Shown here one piece after another: positions 57,872 to 64,000 of a stretch of DNA of 64,000 bases. The stretch lies in assembly GCA_018655525.1 (NCBI GenBank), contig JABIJM010000002.1, forward strand, positions 109,575 through 173,574. The letters run 5' to 3'. The DNA comes from Candidatus Woesearchaeota archaeon (GTDB lineage Archaea > Nanobdellota > Nanobdellia > Woesearchaeales > GW2011-AR9). The first letter of the stretch is position 1. Every line of letters begins with the position of its first letter. The position numbers and the translations under genes are program-made. Below the pieces are notes generated by a model. The model was not told the origin of the DNA and ran no database searches. It worked only from the letters and a program-made list of their open reading frames with translations.

Positions 57872-59614
57872 ATGTCAAATCCTATAATTTCACTTTCAAA
57901 ATTAATGTGGAAGTTTTCGGAGAAGAAAAGTGTCATTTCATTCTATGTATTATTTCTATTTTCAAACACTGTTGATTTCTTCCATCCATTAATTGTAGGG
58001 AAGATTTTGAATATTATTCAAGAACAAGGAATTAATGCAGAGAATATTGGATTTATCACATTATTATTGTCAGGATTTATTATTCTTAATGTTGCATTCT
58101 GGGCGTTCCACGGACCAGGTAGAGTAATTGAGCTAGGTAATGCGTTTAATGTAAGGTCAAAATATAAAAAATATTTAATTGATGGAACAATGGAGCTTCC
58201 AGCACAATGGCATACAGACCACCATTCAGGTGATACGATTGATAAAATCAATAAATCTACAGATGCATTGTATAAATTTTCTTCAGAAAATTTTATTATC
58301 ATTGAAAGTGTTTTACGTTTAATTAGTTCTTATATTGCACTTGCATATTTTAATTTACATGCTGGGTATATTGTCTTATTTATGATTGTAACAACAATCT
58401 GGTTAATCTTAAAATTTGATAAGAAACTTGTTCCACAATGGAATAAATTGTTGAAAGCAGAGAATACGGTTTCTGCAAAGATTTTTGATACTATTAGTAA
58501 TATTACCACAGTAATTATTCTTCGTGTAGGAAAACTAGTATCTAAATCTATTATGAGTAAAATCATGAAACCATTTTCATTGTATAAAGAAAATATTAAT
58601 ATCAATGAGACAAAATGGTTTTTTGTTTCATTAAGTTCTGCAATTATGACTTTCTTAGTATTGTTTACATACATATTTACAAATTACAAATCAGGAGTAC
58701 TTATTGGAACAATTTTTGTTCTCTACGAATATGTTGGAAGAATTAATTCTTTATTTTTTAGGTTTGCATATAAATATTCTGACATTGTACAACAACAAAC
58801 AACGATCACGAATGTTGAAGAAATAAGTGATGAATTTAAGAAAATCAAGAAGGTTAAACAACATCCATTACAACGATGGAATGAAATGAAAGTTGAAGCG
58901 TTAGAATTTACCTACCATACAGAAAAAGGTGCACATCCTCACATTGATAACGTTTCATTAACAATCAAACGAAATCAAAAGATTGCATTGATTGGAGATT
59001 CAGGATCTGGAAAAACAACGTTTTTGAAAGTCATGAGAGATATTTATTCTCCAAGGTACGTGAATCTATATATTGATGGAAAAATTGTAAAGGATGGCTT
59101 TAAATCAATCAGTTCATACATTTCATTAATCCCTCAAGACCCTGAAATCTTTTCATCCACAATTAAAGAAAATATTACGCTAGGATTAAAACATACAGAT
59201 TTGGAGATTAAATTATTTACAGATATGGCAAGATTTTCAGATGTTGTGAAGAAATTACCAAATGGATTAAAATCTTCTATTGTAGAAAAAGGTGTGAATT
59301 TATCAGGTGGAGAAAAACAAAGGTTAGCATTATCTAGAGGATTATTAGCTTCAGAAGATAAAGAGATCATTCTCTTGGATGAACCTACAAGTAGTGTTGA
59401 TAGTAAGAATGAATTATTAATCTATCAGAACATCTTTAATAGATTTAAGAATAAAACTATTATTAGTTCTATTCACAGATTACATTTATTGCCGTTGTTT
59501 GATCAGATCTATTTCTTTAAGAATGGAAAGATCATCGCTTCTGGAGATTATAGGCAACTTAAAAGAAGATCTTCTGAGTTCCAGATGATGCTGAGAAAGT
59601 ATCGTAATAGATAG
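57872..59614 (+). CDS. ABC transporter, fused permease/ATPase exporter (MsbA-like)
   Basis: N-terminal 6-TM domain. The C-terminal nucleotide-binding domain has Walker A (GDSGSGKTT), the ABC signature (LSGGEKQRLALSRG) and Walker B (ILLDEPTS). Confidence 0.8.
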   Translation: MSNPIISLSKLMWKFSEKKSVISFYVLFLFSNTVDFFHPLIVGKILNIIQEQGINAENIGFITLLLSGFIILNVAFWAFHGPGRVIELGNAFNVRSKYKKYLIDGTMELPAQWHTDHHSGDTIDKINKSTDALYKFSSENFIIIESVLRLISSYIALAYFNLHAGYIVLFMIVTTIWLILKFDKKLVPQWNKLLKAENTVSAKIFDTISNITTVIILRVGKLVSKSIMSKIMKPFSLYKENININETKWFFVSLSSAIMTFLVLFTYIFTNYKSGVLIGTIFVLYEYVGRINSLFFRFAYKYSDIVQQQTTITNVEEISDEFKKIKKVKQHPLQRWNEMKVEALEFTYHTEKGAHPHIDNVSLTIKRNQKIALIGDSGSGKTTFLKVMRDIYSPRYVNLYIDGKIVKDGFKSISSYISLIPQDPEIFSSTIKENITLGLKHTDLEIKLFTDMARFSDVVKKLPNGLKSSIVEKGVNLSGGEKQRLALSRGLLASEDKEIILLDEPTSSVDSKNELLIYQNIFNRFKNKTIISSIHRLHLLPLFDQIYFFKNGKIIASGDYRQLKRRSSEFQMMLRKYRNR

Positions 59615-59741
59615 TGTCAATTCAAAAGCATTCTTTGGGTTTGTTAAAAATAGTCCCCTTTGTTTTTAGTGGGGTATATTTTTTACATTTATTTAGAGGT
59701 AGTTTTTCTATTGATTGAAAAAGGGAGGAATGTTTACTTCT

Positions 59742-60545
59742 TTAAGAGTTTCCTTTCTCACAATGTTTCCACATAAACTCAAAATACTTTCTATATCCTT
59801 CTGCTATTTTATTACTAATTATCACAACAACCATTGGTTCCTCACCCCAATACATTGAGGCCACCCTATTTCCATAAATTTCTATGGAGCAGGTTGAGGT
59901 AAAGTCTTTTGGAAGGAATCTATATTTATTGTTCTTTAATATTTTTGTAATTGCGTGATTCGGATGTTTAGAATTTTTCAATTCATTATAAAAGATATGA
60001 CGATATTTAATCCCTTTCTTTAGTCTATCTCTATCAAATTTAGGTAAGAAAAATTTCCATCTTGGATCAAGCCAATTACCTCTACCGCCTAAAACCCAAA
60101 GATCTTCCCCTTGTTTTATCATATCCCAATAAACATTTTTTACTGATTCAATCCCTTTGTAAACAATAGTTTGTTCTACAGGGGCAATTGCTTCAAACCG
60201 ATTAACCATTCCAGGAAGGGTTTGTTGTAGTATAGACTCTTTTTCTTTAATTAGATCCATTAATCTTTGAGGATGGATTGCTTTGAATTGACGAATCCCC
60301 TCCTCCACTACCTCAGAACATAAACTCTTTTCCTTGAGCTGTTTAACAGTATCATAAACATTTCTTCTTTGAATTTTTGCTTCTAATGCTATTTTATTTG
60401 CAGTTGTGATCCCTAAAGTTAAAAGAGCTTCATACACTTTTGATTCATTAACACTCAACCCCATCTTTTGAAGTATTTCTTGGTACATATGGATTAATAA
60501 CAGCATTGTATATATAAATTTGTTGGTTGTGGTGTTAATTAACAC
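59742..60545 (-). CDS. TrmB-family transcriptional regulator
   Basis: N-terminal HTH (GLSVNESKVYEALLTLGITTANKIA) plus a C-terminal TrmB-like domain. Confidence 0.5.
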   Translation of the reverse strand: MLINTTTNKFIYTMLLLIHMYQEILQKMGLSVNESKVYEALLTLGITTANKIALEAKIQRRNVYDTVKQLKEKSLCSEVVEEGIRQFKAIHPQRLMDLIKEKESILQQTLPGMVNRFEAIAPVEQTIVYKGIESVKNVYWDMIKQGEDLWVLGGRGNWLDPRWKFFLPKFDRDRLKKGIKYRHIFYNELKNSKHPNHAITKILKNNKYRFLPKDFTSTCSIEIYGNRVASMYWGEEPMVVVIISNKIAEGYRKYFEFMWKHCEKGNS

Positions 60546-60589
60546 CGCACAGGTTTAAATAGGGGACCCAACTACTAACAAGTAACAAA

Positions 60590-61246
60590 ATGAAATATGC
60601 TCCCTATGATGGATTAGAACAGGATAAAATCACAGTAGTTAAGACATTAGACAAATTACGTCACATTGAGCAATCTGAGAAAATTTACAATAATAGTACA
60701 AACTTAAGTGAATTAATTGGAAATGAAACCACATTATGGGAACAATTTACCGAATCCGAAGAAGAAGCATCCGAGCGTCTCGGAAGAACTGAGGAGATTT
60801 ATTTTAGTTTGCAAACGGTTATCTCAAGATTGAGAGAACATTACTCTCCAAAAAGAGGGAAATTAGAAAATCTTGCTAAACCAAAAATAACGGGAGATCA
60901 ACTAAAAGATAGAATAAATAGAGATATGTACCAAGAAAATTTATATTCACTTAGAACCATTGAAAATTCACGGGTAAATCTCTATGAAACCGGATGTCAA
61001 GATAGGTATAACCAATATGGAAAACCACCTTTAGCAGATGAACTTCACGAATCAGAAGAATTATTTGAATCAATTAAACAGAATCAAATAACACGGGCAC
61101 AAAAAATTTACACTGGATTTTTTGGAGCTTGTTTTGCCCAATATGAGAATAATGGTGAAGCATTATCATTAAAGGAAAGGAATCACCTTACACAACAGAA
61201 AATTATGAAGGGAACTTCTCTTTTATCAAAAAAGTTACTATCATAA
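60590..61246 (+). CDS. Hypothetical protein
   Basis: ORF only. Confidence 0.35.
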   Translation: MKYAPYDGLEQDKITVVKTLDKLRHIEQSEKIYNNSTNLSELIGNETTLWEQFTESEEEASERLGRTEEIYFSLQTVISRLREHYSPKRGKLENLAKPKITGDQLKDRINRDMYQENLYSLRTIENSRVNLYETGCQDRYNQYGKPPLADELHESEELFESIKQNQITRAQKIYTGFFGACFAQYENNGEALSLKERNHLTQQKIMKGTSLLSKKLLS

Positions 61247-61328
61247 ACAAACCTCCGATTTTCTAAAGGATCAGAAATATAAACAATCCTCTCCCAGTAA
61301 CTTATTCTAAATTAATTCAATCAAAAAT

Positions 61329-61775
61329 TCACATAAAACTATTCAAACTTAAATTAATCAGATTCTCTTTTGCTTGACGTTCTTTAAATTCTGGTTTTAA
61401 TTTCAGAAATAATTTACTATTCAAATATGTTCGTTGGAATGGGATACCTTTATTGATTAATGCTGAAATACAATCCTGTACAATTGCTACAGGCATATCG
61501 GTTTTTACAGCTAACTCTTCATATGCTAAAGGTGTTTCTTCAGTATATAATGCTAAGAAAACTTTACGTTCTAAATGATTTAAAGGCGCAATTTTTACGT
61601 CTTCTTCACGGTTATGATGTAATTGTAATTCTTCTATTCTAGAATTTAATTTTTCAACTTTTTGCTCCATTTCTTGAAGATAATCGAACAAAGATTGTAT
61701 CTCAGAAGTGTTTTCATTTATAGACGACAAATGTTCTTCAAGAGCATGTCGTATGGTTGCAAATTCGTATTCCAT
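61329..61775 (-). CDS. Coiled-coil plus winged-helix protein (putative regulator)
   Basis: N-terminal coiled-coil (QKVEKLNSRIEELQ) and a C-terminal wHTH-like segment (LERKVFLALYTEETPLAYEELAVKTDMPVAIVQDCISALINKG). Confidence 0.35.
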   Translation of the reverse strand: MEYEFATIRHALEEHLSSINENTSEIQSLFDYLQEMEQKVEKLNSRIEELQLHHNREEDVKIAPLNHLERKVFLALYTEETPLAYEELAVKTDMPVAIVQDCISALINKGIPFQRTYLNSKLFLKLKPEFKERQAKENLINLSLNSFM

Positions 61776-62023
61776 TTTTAATATAGCTGAAGCTGAATAG
61801 TTTCATTTGAAGAAGTGTTCAACACCTCTTTTCTACCACGCCCCTTGATAAAAAAAAGATATTCTTGTGCTTTAAATACCTTTCGTTTTTTGATCATAGT
61901 TTCACTTTGGAATGGTCAGGAAAGTATTATAAAGATAAACTAAACTCTTTGATAATGCGTTTTCTGGAAGATTAAAAAATGATTGTGGGAAGTTTATTAA
62001 AGTAGAATCTATTTTTCTCATAA

Positions 62024-62644
62024 ATGGTAAAATCACAACGTGACTTGAGTAGAGAACTATCTAAATTAAAACTATTTGAAGATCCACAGTTTAAATTAGA
62101 ACAATATGAAACGCCACCACATATCGCTGCGGATTGGATCTGGGAGATGGCGCAACGAAGCGAAGTTGCTGGTAAAACAATCTTAGATGCTGGATGTGGT
62201 ACAGGGATTTTAGGTTTAGGATTATTATTAATGGGTGCACGTAAAATATATTTTGTAGAAAAAGATGAATCTGCAATGAAAATTTGCATGGAGAATTATA
62301 ATACATTAAAAAAAGAATATGAGATTGGTGAAGCTGAATTTATTTTACATGATATTTCAATTTTTGATGAACAGGTGGATGTTGTTGTACAAAATCCACC
62401 ATTTGGAACAAAAGAAGTTCATGCAGATAAAGTATTTTTAGAGGTAGCATTTAAATCTACAAACATTATTTACTCCATGCACAAATATTCAACTGCAAAA
62501 TTTGTAGAAGCAATTAGTAAGGATTTTGGATTTACAATCACAAAAACATGGAGATATGATTTTCCGATTAAAGCTAAATATGAATTTCATCAAAAACCTG
62601 TAAAGGATATTGATGTTGGATTATGGAGAATGGAGAAAATTTAA
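62024..62644 (+). CDS. METTL5-like RNA (putative rRNA m6A) methyltransferase
   Basis: AdoMet motif I (ILDAGCGTGILG) and the NPPFG catalytic motif. The ~200-aa size matches archaeal METTL5/MJ0882-like methylases. Confidence 0.65.
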   Translation: MVKSQRDLSRELSKLKLFEDPQFKLEQYETPPHIAADWIWEMAQRSEVAGKTILDAGCGTGILGLGLLLMGARKIYFVEKDESAMKICMENYNTLKKEYEIGEAEFILHDISIFDEQVDVVVQNPPFGTKEVHADKVFLEVAFKSTNIIYSMHKYSTAKFVEAISKDFGFTITKTWRYDFPIKAKYEFHQKPVKDIDVGLWRMEKI

Positions 62645-63792
62645 AGATTTTTTGACTTTTTCCAAAGTTTTTCAAAATGTTTTTTGTATGTATTTATTGT
62701 TTCTTGATCTTTATTGATAATAACTTTAAACTCTTTTTCAGTATAAATAAATGTAACAACCACATAATCTGAAAAAGTCACACAAACAGGACCTTGCAAT
62801 TCTTCTGGAAGAAAACGTACTTCAAATAATTTAACTTTTGAAGCTCTTGGTTTAAAATAATCAATGGAAGCATTATCATCAAAAGAAATGATCTTGTTAT
62901 CAATACCTTTCTTAATACGTTTCTTATGCCAACTATCACTAAATTTCTTGGAGTATACATCAGCAAGTATTTTTGAGTAACCATAACCACGAAATTCTTT
63001 CACATCTCCTGAAATAAGTTCCCAATATGCTTGGCGGATTCCATTAATTCCTGAATAAATCTTTACATCCCTATCCCAGAGTCCATTGAAAAAGTGAATA
63101 TTACTTTTTGCAACTTCTTTACTTTCTGTTAATATAGCAACTGGAACAGCACTCCACAGAATAACTACCGTTTTATTACCAAAGGTAAAAGTTGTCGTAT
63201 TTGTTTTATGTTCTTTAGAAAGATAATCTATTTCTGTATTATCTATTTCAACATTATCGGGTGTAAGAATTTTTGTTTTAATCTTATTTTTTATTCTTTG
63301 TTTATTCCAGATTTCATAATAATGAGTCATAATTTCTTGAAATTTTTCTAATGAACCATAAATATAAAGTTCTTTTTTATCTTTAAGAATAAGATTCAAC
63401 ACAGATTTTATCCCTCTTTTTGTAGAATAAAGTTCAACATGAGGCATTTCATCTTTTGGTTTTCTAAGTTTTAATAAACTCGGGACAAGATTTTCAATAT
63501 CTATTCTTTTGCTTTCCAATTCAGAAATAATTTTTTCTTGATTTTCTTTTAAAATTGCGACAAGATTATGGGGATCTGCTGCTTTAAAGTATTTCTTATC
63601 ATCTTTAATAAAAAAACTTACTAATCCTTTTTTGACTAATTTATCAATCCGATCATAAGTAAAAGTCCTATTTAAGCTATTACGATGTGCAATCTCAGAT
63701 GCCGTGGATTCACTCATTTCTAATAAAGATAAGAATATATTTACTTCAGTTTCTGTGAGCCCAAAGTTCTCAATTAGGAGTGATTTATTCAT
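62641..63792 (-). CDS. TrmB-like HTH transcriptional regulator with extended C-terminal domain
   Basis: N-terminal LTETEVNIFLSLLEMSESTASEIAHRNSLNRTFTYDRIDKLVKKGLV is a TrmB-type wHTH. Confidence 0.45.
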   Translation of the reverse strand: MNKSLLIENFGLTETEVNIFLSLLEMSESTASEIAHRNSLNRTFTYDRIDKLVKKGLVSFFIKDDKKYFKAADPHNLVAILKENQEKIISELESKRIDIENLVPSLLKLRKPKDEMPHVELYSTKRGIKSVLNLILKDKKELYIYGSLEKFQEIMTHYYEIWNKQRIKNKIKTKILTPDNVEIDNTEIDYLSKEHKTNTTTFTFGNKTVVILWSAVPVAILTESKEVAKSNIHFFNGLWDRDVKIYSGINGIRQAYWELISGDVKEFRGYGYSKILADVYSKKFSDSWHKKRIKKGIDNKIISFDDNASIDYFKPRASKVKLFEVRFLPEELQGPVCVTFSDYVVVTFIYTEKEFKVIINKDQETINTYKKHFEKLWKKSKNL

Positions 63793-63908
63793 TTTAAGGA
63801 TGATTAGTTTAAGACTATTTAAACATGTCGTTTTACTTCTAAGACAACAACACTTGATATACCTTGCATGTTACTACTTAGATATAACAAACAAGAGGTA
63901 AAATAAAA

Positions 63909-64000
63909 TGGAAAAATTCAAAAAAGTAGTGGCGTTGGATACAATTATTTTTTATCCAGAACATGAGGAAGTATTAAAACAACTTGTTGAAAAACCAAAA
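63909..64000 (+). CDS. Partial ORF (5' end) running off the window
   Basis: ATG at 63909 followed by an open frame to the window end (MEKFKKVVALDTIIFYPEHEEVLKQLVEKPK). Confidence 0.3.

Noticed and set aside
59652-59684. Possible terminator hairpin (cccc...gggg plus T-run) after the ABC transporter gene.
   Set aside because: The stem is only 4 bp, too weak to call on its own. The T-run may function as an archaeal oligo-T terminator.
1-64000. Possibility that the window is bacterial (for example Candidate Phyla Radiation) because of the CspA, L,D-transpeptidase, Fur-Prx-SOD operon, class-2 PyrD and DEAD-box helicases.
   Set aside because: Unambiguous archaeal markers are present: RpoN/Rpb10, RpoD/Rpb3, RpoL/Rpb11, RpoF, L18e, L21e, archaeo-eukaryotic PriS, PAC2, diphthine synthase and Elp3. 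The r-protein operon order is canonical for Archaea. The bacterial-type genes are better explained as lateral acquisitions.
1-64000. CRISPR arrays, tRNA or rRNA genes.
   Set aside because: No regularly spaced direct repeats were seen. GC-rich islands that could hold tRNAs (20242-20402, 22780-22890, 41700-41760) do not show a T-loop GTTCRANYC or acceptor-stem complementarity by eye. A proper tRNAscan/Infernal run would be decisive.

Overview
The window is AT-rich and archaeal, most likely from a small-genome DPANN-type lineage. It carries the canonical archaeal ribosomal protein and RNA polymerase subunit operon S13-S4-S11-RpoD-L18e-L13-S9-RpoN on the minus strand at 16.4-20.2 kb. It also carries DNA primase PriS, RpoL (Rpb11), the L21e-RpoF-DUF655 operon, a proteasome-assembly chaperone (PAC2), diphthine synthase and an Elp3 homologue. 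The first 16.3 kb is the most unusual part. Two convergent operons each open with a paralogous protein bearing an archaeal class III (type IV pilin-like) signal peptide, with conserved N-terminus K[KR]GQVTVFIIIGIIL. They are followed by giant secreted proteins of 1063, 1679 and 916 aa. The 1679-aa protein carries Hcp-like cysteine-paired Sel1 repeats and Pro/Thr linkers. The cluster also holds a polytopic membrane protein and a lipoprotein with an L,D-transpeptidase (YkuD) catalytic motif. I read this as a candidate cell-surface attachment or host-interaction apparatus. Elsewhere the window has a Fur-peroxiredoxin-SOD oxidative-stress operon with a divergent cold-shock protein and a 2Fe-2S ferredoxin. 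It has three DEAD-box helicases, a free-standing LAGLIDADG endonuclease-like gene flanked upstream by 11-bp inverted repeats, and a class-2-like dihydroorotate dehydrogenase. It has a B12-binding radical SAM protein and a putative restriction-modification, HicB-like and tyrosine recombinase islet. It also has an ABC exporter, a METTL5-like methyltransferase and several TrmB-type regulators. I found no CRISPR array, tRNA or rRNA by eye.
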